This document shows positions 9,901 through 19,629 of a stretch of 32,000 bases of DNA, one piece after another. Made by a program: the position numbers and the translations under genes. The stretch is taken from positions 2,160,001 through 2,192,000 of the forward strand of contig NZ_LT934425.1 of NCBI RefSeq assembly GCF_900232105.1, read 5' to 3'. The notes beneath the pieces were generated by a model. It ran no database searches. It had not been told where the DNA came from and saw nothing but the letters and a program-made list of their open reading frames with translations. Origin of the DNA: Candidatus Kuenenia stuttgartensis (GTDB taxonomy: Bacteria > Planctomycetota > Brocadiia > Brocadiales > Brocadiaceae). Positions within the stretch are counted from its first letter, which is position 1; the number at the start of each line of letters is the position of its first letter.

Positions 9901-12013
9901 ATTATTTTTAGAAGCTGAGAAACTAATTGAACAGAAGGAATATTCGAATGCACGTGAGATATTGAAAAATATCTTAGAGATCGATGATAGGCACATTGAT
10001 GCACTTAATGATCTTGCGGTTATAGAAATCTCAGAAAATAACCTATTTAACGCAAGAGAAATTTTAAACAAAGTTTTAAGGAATGATTCTAACAATCAAA
10101 TTGCAAAGGAGAACTTGGAATATCTTGAGCAACTAATCCATGTATCAGAAGAGAAAAGTTCAGATATTAAAGTTTCTGCAATAGTATCGACATACAATTC
10201 CGAACGATTTATCCGTGGTTGTTTAGAGGATTTGACAAATCAAACATCATACAAGAAGGGTGCACTGGAAATTATTGTGATAGACAGTTGTTCACCGCAA
10301 AATGAACAAGCTATTGTTGATGAGTTTCAAAAATCATACAGGGACATTGTTTATATACGGACTGAAAAACGGGAAACCATTTATGCCGCCTGGAACCGGG
10401 CAATCAAAATTGCCAAAGGAGAATATATCACTAATGCCAATACGGATGACCGCCACCGCAAGGATGGTTTGGAAATTTTAGCAAATGAATTGGATGAAAA
10501 CCCTGATGTTGTATTGGTATACGGGAATCAAATTATTACCGAAACAGAAAATGAGACCTTTGAACACCACAAACCAGTTGGTGTCTTCCAATGGCCAGAT
10601 TTCAACAGAAATTATTTGTTAAAAGTATGCAGCATTGGACCACAACCGATGTGGAGAAAGTTAGTTCATAGTGAGTTTGGCTATTTTGATGATATATTCC
10701 AGGTCGCCGGAGACTATGAATTTTGGTTAAGAATTTCCCAAAAATATCATTTTAAACATATTCCTGAATATCTGGGATTATATCTAAGATCTCCACAAAG
10801 TGCAGAATATAGAAACCAGGAACTAACCCAACAAGAAACACTTGTTATTCAAGAAAAATATAAAAAGTTAAAGGATATCCAAGAGAAACCCATCGCGAAG
10901 TTACCATTAGTCAGCATCATTATTCCCACTTACAACAGACCAGGCACCCTGAAGATTGCACTGGAGAGTATTGTCGCACAAACGTACAAGTTTATTGAAA
11001 CCATTGTAGTTAACGACGCCGGAATAGATGTGCTAAATGTCATTGATACATTCAGGGATCGATTATCTATCAAATATTTCGTTCACAATATAAATAAAGA
11101 TCGCTCTGCTGCAAGAAATACTGCAATAAAACATGCTTCTGGTAAATATATTGCGTATCTTGATGATGATGATATTTTTTATCCCGACCATATTGAAACA
11201 CTGGTCAGCTTTCTGGAAACAAACAATACTTATAAAGTTGCTTATACAGATGCTTACAGGGCATTTCAAGAGAAGGAACACGGAAAATATATAACAAAAA
11301 ACAAAGAGATACCTTATTCTTTTGACTTTGACTATGATCGTATCCTTACGGGTAATTTTATACCGACGCCCTGTATTATGCATTATAAATCGTGCATTGA
11401 CGTTGTAGGAATATTTGATGAAACGCTTGGTGCTCACGAGGACTGGGATTTATGGATAAGGATGTCAACAAAATTCCAATTTGCGCATATCAGGAAAATT
11501 ACCTGTGAATATTCCTGGAGGGAAGATGGCTCGTCAACCACATTCGGTAGAAAAGAGGTAATGGATTATACAAGAAATGTTGTTTTACAACGGGGAATAA
11601 AAATTTACCGGGAAAAACAAATTAGAGGACTATTTAATAGAGCGGAAGCTTCATTTCAAAGTGGTGCTTACAACGAAGCGATTGATGCATATAAAAAAGC
11701 CATCGAAACAAGCCCTTCTCCCAAGCAACAATTACCGCCGGAAGAAACTTCCCGCCTTTATGACGCATACTACAATCTTGCCCTTTCATACATAAATACC
11801 CAAAAGGTAGACGATGCCATTGCTGCTTTCCGAAAGGCAGTTGAATTACACAATGCTGACGCCACTATTTATAACAATTTGGGCGTTTTGTATTTCAGGA
11901 AAAGAATGCATGATGATGCAAGGCACTGCTTTGAAAAGGCATTGGCAATAGACGTTGATTACGCAGAGGCGCAACAAAATCTTGAAAAAATATCCAGCCT
12001 GAAAATTTCATAA
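6977..12013 (+). CDS. 1678-aa multidomain protein: sulfotransferase/capsule-synthesis-like N-terminus, GT-B-like glycosyltransferase, TPR repeats, two GT2 domains, C-terminal TPR
   Basis: PILVYQMGKVGSTAILKSLQ...VITLVRDPIARDISDLFQN; ILIVHPEGNLHNNPNLSG...; two TPR arrays; VSAIVSTYNSERFIRGCLEDLTNQ; VSIIIPTYNRPGTLKIALESIVAQTY...YIAYLDDDDIFYPDHI; C-terminal YNLALSYINTQKVDDAIAAFRKAVEL. Confidence 0.88.
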   Translation: MKPRQEKNNKSLPPILVYQMGKVGSTAILKSLQRLNLYNRVYHAHFLSKSGIKSVEDYYRSLPYIEVPNHIYESKQICIEIENSTREQKWKVITLVRDPIARDISDLFQNIERDFPQIRTLDSKNALIEIKTYLYNMIIKFDESTDYACSWFDKEIKEVFGFDVYSHDFSKTNGYQIFQTEKADILVIKLEKLSEIHKEAFRQFLDIHDFTIVKENIGSDKWYNEYYKEVVNSLRIPGQIVDKIYDSRYSKHFYTEGELSSFKEKWSGKSFYNKKDKKILIVHPEGNLHNNPNLSGIVEILCENGCSADVFSLKHETIAQKALCYGSQMFLFDGTRDSTAGVCLLASKVFFSPQELALHVRSVYKDYDLVVGVDRGIIEASIIASALEVPCGLISYEIFFADEAGVQFKQTEIHACQNISFAICQDEIRSAQLSKENRIPLEKIINIPVAGRAVKRGERCWYFHDKFGIDHRKKIALLAGSIDKWTMAEELIESVSRWDPEWVLVLHNRYGLDGGVHTIYERYKNKPNIYFSFDPVKLVQDMHILLHSCDLGIALYRATKQGIFTGNNLTYLGMASGKIATYLQHGLPLLINEIGEMSRYVESYGLGISLKSGDGINPGALCEAPFAYKERCYGFFENKLDLNKTIHPFLDKMNSLLRKWQSDSSYGKAGQVSSADVLSISTEKSLEFLNLLVKQELQDGNIQKAKELLSKILNQLPDNIKALNNLAVIEILEKNWDAATEALRKVLYLDPSNKVALENTKQLERHLVLYKAVLEAEKLVGQKQYAEAYKILEKVLEIDKNSVDALNAIAKIRIARNDFEVAGKVLTKVLQLHPANKTAIESLEYIKKQVNVKDHAPLPAGATALGTTAVTTEACSGISGRTEADFQHLLEMLNLQAKQALQEGNAKKAKELLAKVLNQSPNNVKALNNFAVTEILEKNWESAREVLQKILELDPSNNVALENVKYLENQVSLHKLFLEAEKLIEQKEYSNAREILKNILEIDDRHIDALNDLAVIEISENNLFNAREILNKVLRNDSNNQIAKENLEYLEQLIHVSEEKSSDIKVSAIVSTYNSERFIRGCLEDLTNQTSYKKGALEIIVIDSCSPQNEQAIVDEFQKSYRDIVYIRTEKRETIYAAWNRAIKIAKGEYITNANTDDRHRKDGLEILANELDENPDVVLVYGNQIITETENETFEHHKPVGVFQWPDFNRNYLLKVCSIGPQPMWRKLVHSEFGYFDDIFQVAGDYEFWLRISQKYHFKHIPEYLGLYLRSPQSAEYRNQELTQQETLVIQEKYKKLKDIQEKPIAKLPLVSIIIPTYNRPGTLKIALESIVAQTYKFIETIVVNDAGIDVLNVIDTFRDRLSIKYFVHNINKDRSAARNTAIKHASGKYIAYLDDDDIFYPDHIETLVSFLETNNTYKVAYTDAYRAFQEKEHGKYITKNKEIPYSFDFDYDRILTGNFIPTPCIMHYKSCIDVVGIFDETLGAHEDWDLWIRMSTKFQFAHIRKITCEYSWREDGSSTTFGRKEVMDYTRNVVLQRGIKIYREKQIRGLFNRAEASFQSGAYNEAIDAYKKAIETSPSPKQQLPPEETSRLYDAYYNLALSYINTQKVDDAIAAFRKAVELHNADATIYNNLGVLYFRKRMHDDARHCFEKALAIDVDYAEAQQNLEKISSLKIS

Positions 12014-12216
12014 CACTGGTATACCGCAGAGAAGACGGAGAACGCAAAAGACATGGACAGACTTATGGCTGACAATGTGAAATATTATGACATACACAGA
12101 GCTGACGGGCCGCGCCGTATATTTCACCATGCACCCGATGTCTTTAAGGAAAATAAACAATCAAATATCTGACGCGTCTCAGGAGCCGATAGTATCAGAT
12201 AGACAAATTTGTGAAG

Positions 12217-12710
12217 GGGTGCATTCCTGATTTTTTATAACCGTTTGTGTGATTGGGGCAAAACTACGCTGCAAGGGATGTGACAAGCCTGTCCCCCGCT
12301 GGCGGGGGAATAAGGGGGTGGAATTGTCTGCGGAGGAAATCTGGAAGGTTTATAACATGAATAGCCATAAGTTTTTCTTCTAATTCCTAAGCTTTGCGTG
12401 GAAATGCATGTCACGAAACAGGATAAAATTGTCCATTTGACCCGTGTGCGGAGCGTAGGAAAGAGGGGCAAGTTTGTTTTCATAATAAAGGGGTAGTTGA
12501 ATCGATGGAGAAATCCAGTCCACCCCCTGAACCCCCGCCAGCGGGGGACATTGTTTGAACAACAGGAGCATTCCCGATTTTTTGGTTAACTAATTGTACA
12601 TTGTAACACAAGCATCCTGCTTGTGGCATTTTGCCCTCAAGCTGGAAGCTTGAGTTACTATTCTCTCCCCCTGCTAAATGACATTTTTACAAAAAATCGG
12701 GAATGCTCCC
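12217..12710. mobile_element. MITE-like element, family A, copy 3, carrying a nested palindromic insertion
   Basis: GGGTGCATTCCTGATTTTTTATAACCGTTTGTGTGATTGGGGCAAAAC ... ACAAAAAATCGGGAATGCTCCC, homologous to copy 1 on both sides of the nested segment. Confidence 0.75.
12291..12549. repeat. Nested element with 18-bp perfect inverted termini
   Basis: GTCCCCCGCTGGCGGGGG (12291-12308) / CCCCCGCCAGCGGGGGAC (12532-12549); interrupts sequence contiguous in copy 1. Confidence 0.75.
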
Positions 12711-13040
12711 CCCTTGATTAGGAGACAGAGTGCATGGGCTCCATCCGTTACCATTAAAAAAATATATGACCGTGTTGTTGCATCTTTTCTCTTCGCTATT
12801 TAAAGTGTTAGGCATACTGCCTTGTTCTTTATGAAAGGCAATATCACGGAAGGTGGCTAAATTAACAGAACACTCGCATAATGCCCCTATTCGTGCCAAT
12901 TTTCAGTGCTGCATACTTTCTTCATTGAGATATGCCCGTTATTTTTCAATAAGGGTCAATTGGTAAAAGGAAGGTACAGAAAAAAGCGTTTTTATTTTTT
13001 GAAGGCGTGTATTAATAAACTGTTGTAAAGATTCACCCCG

Positions 13041-14402
13041 TTAGAGTCCGCTAATATTCATCGTCATCAGAAATTCGGCATTTGTTTTTGTTTTTGAAAG
13101 CCTGTTCTTTAATAATTCCATAGCTTCTATAGGATTCATTTCGTTAAGCACCTTTCTGAGTATCCAGATGCGTTTAATTTCGTCTGCATTAACAATTAAC
13201 TCTTCTTTGCGGGTACCTGAACGGGTAATATCAATTGCGGGAAACAGTCTGCGGTCTGCCAGCTTCCTGTCAAGATGAAGCTCCATATTGCCAGTGCCCT
13301 TGAACTCTTCAAAAATAACCTCATCCATCCTGCTTCCCGTATCAACAAGTGCGGTTGCAATGATGGTAAGGCTGCCGCCTTCTTCAATGTTTCTTGCAGC
13401 CCCGAAAAACCTTTTAGGTTTCTGAAGGGCACTTGCATCCACACCGCCGGACAGTATTTTGCCACTGTGGGGAATCTCTGTGTTGTATGCCCTTGCCAGT
13501 CTTGTGATGGAATCGAGCAGCACAACAACGTCTTTGCCATATTCCACCATGCGTTTTGCCTTTTCTATTACCATTTCCGCAACCTGAATATGCCTGCTTG
13601 CCGGCTCATCGAAGGTAGATCCTATAACCTCCGCATCAACCGACCTGTCCATATCCGTAACTTCTTCCGGCCTTTCATCGATGAGCAGGATAATCAAATA
13701 CGCTTCGGGATGGTTTTTTGTAATACTATTTGCTACTTTTTGAAGCAACACTGTTTTCCCCGTGCGTGGAGGCGCTACGATTAAACCCCTCTGGCCTTTG
13801 CCGATAGGCGTAACAAAATCCATAATTCTTGTCTCAAGTTCAGCAGGATCTTTTTCTAAAAAAAGCCTTTCAGTTGGGTGAAGGGGAGTCAGGTCATCAA
13901 AAACAATCTTATCTCCCATCATTTCCGGATTTTCAAAATTTATTGCCTCAACACGCAACAATGCAAAATACCGTTCTGAATCCTTTGGTGGCCTTATTTG
14001 CCCTGATACAACAGCGCCGGTACGAATGCCAAAACGGCGTATTTGCGAAGGCGAAATGTAGATGTCGTCCGGGCAAGGCAGGTAATTATAGTCAGGTGAA
14101 CGGAGAAAACCAAAACCCTCCGGAAGCACCTCCACTACGCCTTCTCCGTACATCAGACCATTTTGATTGACTCTTTCCTTCAGGATTTTAAAGATCAGTT
14201 CCTGCTTCTTTAATCCCGTGTATTCTTTAAGCCCTTCCTTCTTGGCGATATCCTGTAATTCCTTGATTGTTTTCTTTTGCAGTTCTGTTATGTGCATTTT
14301 GCCGCGTTTGATTTCCTCATATTTTTCATTTGTTTCTTTATCTATTACTTCTATTTCTTTTTTACTGTCCAAGACCATATTCATTGTCTCCTTACCTTTC
14401 AT
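13041..14402 (-). CDS. rho: Transcription termination factor Rho
   Basis: [106 protein letters not shown]. Confidence 0.98.
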   Translation of the reverse strand: MKGKETMNMVLDSKKEIEVIDKETNEKYEEIKRGKMHITELQKKTIKELQDIAKKEGLKEYTGLKKQELIFKILKERVNQNGLMYGEGVVEVLPEGFGFLRSPDYNYLPCPDDIYISPSQIRRFGIRTGAVVSGQIRPPKDSERYFALLRVEAINFENPEMMGDKIVFDDLTPLHPTERLFLEKDPAELETRIMDFVTPIGKGQRGLIVAPPRTGKTVLLQKVANSITKNHPEAYLIILLIDERPEEVTDMDRSVDAEVIGSTFDEPASRHIQVAEMVIEKAKRMVEYGKDVVVLLDSITRLARAYNTEIPHSGKILSGGVDASALQKPKRFFGAARNIEEGGSLTIIATALVDTGSRMDEVIFEEFKGTGNMELHLDRKLADRRLFPAIDITRSGTRKEELIVNADEIKRIWILRKVLNEMNPIEAMELLKNRLSKTKTNAEFLMTMNISGL

Positions 14403-14404
14403 AA

Positions 14405-15016
14405 CTATTTATCCTCTATATAAAGTTGCCAGAATTTTTTGACTTGCAGAAATGTATTATCGACCGAGAAATTATTATCAATAATATAATCCGCCTTGTT
14501 TTTCTTCTCTTGCAGATCCATCTGGAAAGATTCTCTTTTTTCCAATTCTCCTTTGCTCCAGTGCCTGCTGATTTGACTTCGCTTTATCCGTTGGTCTTTG
14601 CCGGTATTTACAAATACCACATAATCACATACCATTGAAAGCCCCGATTCTTCTAATAAAGCAGCATCGATAACGATAGCATGCTTTTTGCCGCGATGTA
14701 TTATGTCGTCAATTTTTGCATAGATTTGTTTTATAATAATGGGATGCAATATCGAGCATAAAGTATCCAAACCGGCCTTATCCCTGAATACGATCTCTGC
14801 CAGTTGTCTGCGGTCTATTCCGCCATAGCCATTTTTCACCGTATTGCCATATGTTTCTATTATATTTTTTTTAATCTCATCTCTTAAAAGCAGTGTATGG
14901 CACATCTCATCGGCATCGATGTGTGCCGCTCCCAGCGAAGCCAGCATCCGGGCAATGGCACTTTTTCCGCTGGCGATGCCTCCTGTTATGCCAATAATTT
15001 TTGGTCTGTTGCGCAC
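14405..15016 (-). CDS. coaE: Dephospho-CoA kinase
   Basis: [34 protein letters not shown]; downstream of polA. Confidence 0.95.
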   Translation of the reverse strand: MRNRPKIIGITGGIASGKSAIARMLASLGAAHIDADEMCHTLLLRDEIKKNIIETYGNTVKNGYGGIDRRQLAEIVFRDKAGLDTLCSILHPIIIKQIYAKIDDIIHRGKKHAIVIDAALLEESGLSMVCDYVVFVNTGKDQRIKRSQISRHWSKGELEKRESFQMDLQEKKNKADYIIDNNFSVDNTFLQVKKFWQLYIEDK

Positions 15017-17679
15017 TATGTTTCCATCCAGTTTTTCCCCGTCTTGATATTCACCTTAACGGGAACCCTGAGCGTTACGGCATGCCCCATTTCTTCCTGC
15101 ACCATTATACGAGTCTGCTCCAGCGCCTGTACCCCTACTTCAAAAAGCAGTTCATCATGTATTTGCAGCAGCATGCGTGCTTCATAATCCCCGCATTTCA
15201 ATTTTGAATAAATATTGTTCATTGCAACCTTTATCAAATCAGCGGCGGAGCCTTGAATTATCGTGTTTATGGCAATACGCTCCGCGAGGTTTCTGAACCG
15301 TTTATTCTTTGCATTAATATCGGGAATGGCACGTTTTCTATTAAAAAGTGTTTTTACATATCCCATTTCTTTCGCCTCTTCGACTACCTTATCCCTGAAT
15401 TCCCGCACCCCCTGATACAAAGTAAAATATGCATCGATAAAATCTTTTGCATCATTTAATGAAAGACCGGTATCCCGTGAAAGCCCATATTCATTAAGTC
15501 CGTAAATAATGCCAAAGTTTATCGCTTTCGCATTGCGCCGCATTTCTGTCGTTACGTTTTCCAGAGGAACATGATAAATGGAGGACGCCACCGCAGCGTG
15601 AATATCCAAATCTTCCCTGAACGCCTCCATCAGCGCCGTATCTTCAGAAAAATGTGCAAGTATCCTTAACTCGATTTGCGAATAATCCGCCGACAAGAAC
15701 ACTGCGTTTTTTCCGGATGGAATAAACGCCCTGCGAATTTGTTTGCCAATATCTGTTTTGACCGGAATATTCTGAAGATTTGGATTACTGCTGCTGAGGC
15801 GGCCAGTTGACGTCACTGTTTGATTAAAGGTCGTATGGATTTTCCCTGTATCCTGATTTAAGAGATTCGGCAAGGCGTCTGCATACGTGCTTTTAAGCTT
15901 CGCAAGCTGCCGGTATTCCAGCGCCAGTTTTGGCAATGGATGACGCCATGCAAGGGAAGCCAGCACGTTTGCATCTGTTGATACGCCTGTTTTTGTGCGC
16001 CTTAATTTTGGTAATTGGAATTTATCAAAAAGGATTGCCCCCAATTGTTTGTGAGAACTGATATTAAACTCCTGCTCTGCAACACGATAGATTTCTTTTT
16101 CCAGACACTGCAATTGTGCCGCTAAATCACCGGACATCTGCCGAAGAAAGTCTGCATTAATACAGATGCCATTCCCCTCCATTTCCGCCAACACATAAAT
16201 CAGAGGAATCTCTATTTCCTGAAAAAGCTGCCATAATCCTTCTTTCTTTAATAACGGCGCCATTGTTTCCGCCAGGCGAAATGTTATGTCGGCGTCCTGG
16301 CAGGCATATTGGCATACCTTATCTACCGGCACTTTATCCATCGTTATCTGCTGTTTGCCGGAACCGATTAATTCAGCGATCATTATTGTTTTGTAAGATA
16401 AGTATTCAAAGGCAATGTCATCAAGATTGTGGTTTCTTTTCGCCGGATTGAGCAGATAAGAAGCAATCATTGAATCAAAATAAATGCCTTTTAACCCGAT
16501 GTTGTGTTTTTTCAGCACAAGCAAATCATATTTGATATTTTGTCCTATTTTCTTTTTACTTTCGTCTTCCAGGACTTTTCTTATTTCAGGAAGAACAATA
16601 TCCGCCGTTAAATGCCTTGTGTTTTCAGGCGCCATCAAAGGCACATAATATGCTTCCTTCTGTTCCCATGAAAAAGAAAGTCCGACAATGTGTGCTTTAA
16701 GGGGATCGGTACCGGTTGTTTCCAAATCTATTGCAAAGGCGTCTTTTTTGCTTATCTGCTCAAGAAACCCGTGAAATTGTTCAATAGTATTTATGAGATA
16801 ATAATGTGTCGCCTCTGTATTTGCAGTAGCTACCATATCGGAGAGAAGGGTATTGAATCCAAAAGATCGAAATAATTTCCTGAGTTTTATATTCTCTCCG
16901 GTGGACAGTCTGCAGGATTCCATATCCACCGTGAGGGGGATATCGTTATAAAGATCCAGCAGTTCCCTGGAGAACCTGGCCTGGTCGGCAAATGTCCGCA
17001 GGTTTTCCTGTCTTTTTTTCCCGGAAATATGACCAACATTGGCAAGTACGGATTCCAGCGACCCCCATTTTTTGATAAGATCGAGGGCGGTTTTATTACC
17101 AATACCAGGAACACCGGGAATATTATCAGAAACATCTCCCGCAAGTGCCAGCACATCAACCACCTGATTCGGCATAATGCCCTTTTGCGTAAATAGCACG
17201 TCCGAATCAATAATCTCCCCTTTTTTTGCGTGCAGTATTTTTACCTTCGGCCCGATTAATTGCTCCAAATCCTTGTCCGAGGTGACAATTACCACTTCTA
17301 TTTCTTTTTTTTCCAGTACGGTCACTAACGACCCAATCACATCGTCCGCTTCATACCCCTTTGCCGCGTAAACCGGAATGCCAAACGCTCTGACAACTTT
17401 ATAAATTAAAGGGATCTGAACTTGCAAATCTTCCGGTGTTTCCTTGCGGGTTGCTTTGTAGTCACTATATTTTTGATGTCGGTTTGTAGTATATTTTGTG
17501 TCAAATACCAGCGCCAAATAGTCAGGACGTTGTTCCCGCAGCAATTTCAGCAACATCCTTGTAAAACCATATACTGCGTTTGCCGGTGTGCCGTCAGGCG
17601 TTGTCAGCTTTGCCGTAATAGCATAAAACGCCTGATAACAATGAGAATGGCCATCGATGATAAAAAACCGTTCCGGCAT
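15016..17679 (-). CDS. polA: DNA polymerase I
   Basis: 887 aa; N-terminal 5'-3' exonuclease domain, DLETTG 3'-5' exonuclease motif, SADYSQIELRILAHFS and LLQIHDELLFE polymerase motifs. Confidence 0.98.
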   Translation of the reverse strand: MPERFFIIDGHSHCYQAFYAITAKLTTPDGTPANAVYGFTRMLLKLLREQRPDYLALVFDTKYTTNRHQKYSDYKATRKETPEDLQVQIPLIYKVVRAFGIPVYAAKGYEADDVIGSLVTVLEKKEIEVVIVTSDKDLEQLIGPKVKILHAKKGEIIDSDVLFTQKGIMPNQVVDVLALAGDVSDNIPGVPGIGNKTALDLIKKWGSLESVLANVGHISGKKRQENLRTFADQARFSRELLDLYNDIPLTVDMESCRLSTGENIKLRKLFRSFGFNTLLSDMVATANTEATHYYLINTIEQFHGFLEQISKKDAFAIDLETTGTDPLKAHIVGLSFSWEQKEAYYVPLMAPENTRHLTADIVLPEIRKVLEDESKKKIGQNIKYDLLVLKKHNIGLKGIYFDSMIASYLLNPAKRNHNLDDIAFEYLSYKTIMIAELIGSGKQQITMDKVPVDKVCQYACQDADITFRLAETMAPLLKKEGLWQLFQEIEIPLIYVLAEMEGNGICINADFLRQMSGDLAAQLQCLEKEIYRVAEQEFNISSHKQLGAILFDKFQLPKLRRTKTGVSTDANVLASLAWRHPLPKLALEYRQLAKLKSTYADALPNLLNQDTGKIHTTFNQTVTSTGRLSSSNPNLQNIPVKTDIGKQIRRAFIPSGKNAVFLSADYSQIELRILAHFSEDTALMEAFREDLDIHAAVASSIYHVPLENVTTEMRRNAKAINFGIIYGLNEYGLSRDTGLSLNDAKDFIDAYFTLYQGVREFRDKVVEEAKEMGYVKTLFNRKRAIPDINAKNKRFRNLAERIAINTIIQGSAADLIKVAMNNIYSKLKCGDYEARMLLQIHDELLFEVGVQALEQTRIMVQEEMGHAVTLRVPVKVNIKTGKNWMET

Positions 17680-18206
17680 TTTGGGTTAGTATTGTAATTT
17701 GGTTCTACTATGCAAAACCGTGTGTGTCATGTTACATAAAGAATGCTATTGGCATTTTACAACTATATGACAGACAGGGTGATTGCGCTGGTAAGGTAAA
17801 TAAAGAGGATATGTTGTATGTTATTTACAATCAGGTCTCTAAAAAGTGGAAAAGGAATAGCTTGTTCAATAAAACAACTGTGGTATTAAAAAACAGTTTT
17901 CGTATGGAAAAAAACGGAAAATGCACAGACTGGAAAAAAGGATTTGATTTACCGCTATGCAAAAATTGGATGGAATACTTTCTGAAACGTAATTACAAAA
18001 AATGTTACCATGTATAAATGTTTTGTCAAGTCAAATATGCAAAATCAACACCGCATTTACCAAGGTTTCTTGGATTTTTGCTATACACGTTAATTTTTAA
18101 AAAAACGGCCATTGATTTACCTATAGCGGTTTTTTTCATTTTCTCTGCAAGGTTTATTTTAAAAATAGATATGTTCATCCATGCGGGGCGTAAACAAGTA
18201 AATATT

Positions 18207-18429
18207 GTAACATTTTAGCTTTTTGAAAAATTCACGGTATAGAAAAAATACCATGTAGCCCCGTTAGGGGCGGTCTGTTTGTAGCACAATAAAATTCAAT
18301 AGAGTAAATAGCTCCGTAGGAGCGGCCTGTCCGTATTCAGGCAGACCTGTTTAATATGGATTTACAAGAGACAGGTCGCTCCTACGGAGCTTATCGGTAG
18401 TACGTTTTTTTTTAAAACCAAAGTGTTAC
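18207..18429. mobile_element. MITE-like element, family B, copy 1
   Basis: GTAACATTTTAGCTTTTTGAAAAA ... CCAAAGTGTTAC termini; 177-bp block (18207-18383) matches reverse complement of 19751-19927 with one mismatch seen. Confidence 0.85.
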
Positions 18430-18478
18430 ATACCTTTATATTGTATGTTTGAAAATTGGACAGCATTTTTGGAAAAAA

Positions 18479-18997
18479 TCATTTGCATTGTTGTCTCGGC
18501 CATCCGGAAGGTGGCAATGTGCCAGTGTATTTTTTAAAATACTGTGTAATTTTTTCGTGAGATTCATAGCCAGGTTCTTTTATATCTTCTGTCCGTGTCA
18601 TTACAAGATAGTTATTTTTAAATTCTATTGATGTTGACCATGTGGTAGTATTGCCGTCTTCCGCATCTGTTCCCTCCCAAAAAGAACCGATAAGTCTACT
18701 ACCGGAGATTTTATAAGTAATGGTATCGTCCACTTCGTAGCACTTTTTCTCATGGGTGTACCATTTTGCGGTATTACCATTAAACTGGAAAATTTCTTCA
18801 TCAATCACATTGGTTTCTTTCCAGTCTTCCCGTTCTCCATCATCGATGTCATACCCTTCGACAATTTCTTTTTCCAACAACCATGTCCCTGACAACCCTG
18901 CTGATTCAGAAGAAGATGATTTGTTTTTTTCTTCACATCCGAATCCAAATAACAGGGTAAAAACAAATAACACAACAATTCCCCTATACTTTTTCAT
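18479..18997 (-). CDS. Predicted lipoprotein of unknown function
   Basis: MKKYRGIVVLFVFTLLFGFGCEEKNKSSSS signal peptide with lipobox-like FGFGC; calycin/lipocalin-like short beta pattern. Confidence 0.75.
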   Translation of the reverse strand: MKKYRGIVVLFVFTLLFGFGCEEKNKSSSSESAGLSGTWLLEKEIVEGYDIDDGEREDWKETNVIDEEIFQFNGNTAKWYTHEKKCYEVDDTITYKISGSRLIGSFWEGTDAEDGNTTTWSTSIEFKNNYLVMTRTEDIKEPGYESHEKITQYFKKYTGTLPPSGWPRQQCK

Positions 18998-19219
18998 ATT
19001 AGCCCCTTTCCCTGAATAGTACTTGTTAAGATTTATAAAAAACATATTACCTTATTTCTAAATTCGAAATAAATTCAAAATTTCAATTCTGCCCACCCTA
19101 CCCTCGCCAGCAAAGGACATTCTCTCCCTCCGGAGGGGAATTGGGGCGCTTTGGAATTTGTTTCGTGCTTCATGCTTGTTTGGTTCTGGCTTGTCCAGCG
19201 TAAGAAGTTCAATATTTTT

Positions 19220-19246
19220 GTAGAGACGCATCGCATGCGTCTCTAC
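19220..19246. repeat. Short perfect hairpin
   Basis: GTAGAGACGCAT-CGC-ATGCGTCTCTAC. Confidence 0.8.
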
Positions 19247-19367
19247 ATTAACATCAACAACAGAATAAAGTCGCTGCCAAAGGAATCCTAATTTATTTGG
19301 CGAATAGCGCTCTATGTATTTAATAGCCAAGTCACCCTACCGGGCAGGCAGGAACAATATAAAACGT

Positions 19368-19502
19368 GGGGGTTCAGGTTGCAAACCAATGTCATTTAAG
19401 CAACCAGCCGCAAAAGTCCCCCTTAGAAAAGGGGAATAAAGGGGGTTGTTTTCAATCAAATAACCTTAACTTAATGACATTGGTTTGCAAACCTGAACCC
19501 GC
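19368..19502. repeat. Palindromic element (family C) with ~30-bp inverted termini
   Basis: GGGGTTCAGGTTGCAAACCAATGTCATTTAAG ... CTTAATGACATTGGTTTGCAAACCTGAACCCC. Confidence 0.8.
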
Positions 19503-19629
19503 CATGTGCATTTTTAATCTGTACTACTATCCATCAAATCCTTGTTTTTCTGCTAGTTTTTCAAAATGTACAACCGTAAGGCATTGATTAAATGAGTGTT
19601 ACGTAAAATTTCTAGCATTGGGTTTTTTG

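Noticed and set aside
16887-17210. 107-aa minus-strand ORF inside polA
   Set aside because: Out-of-frame within the strongly supported DNA polymerase I gene.
17724-18017. 97-aa plus-strand ORF
   Set aside because: No recognisable motif or signal; cannot be supported as a gene from sequence alone.
19058-19330. 90-aa minus-strand ORF
   Set aside because: Spans a short perfect hairpin repeat and low-value intergenic sequence; likely spurious.
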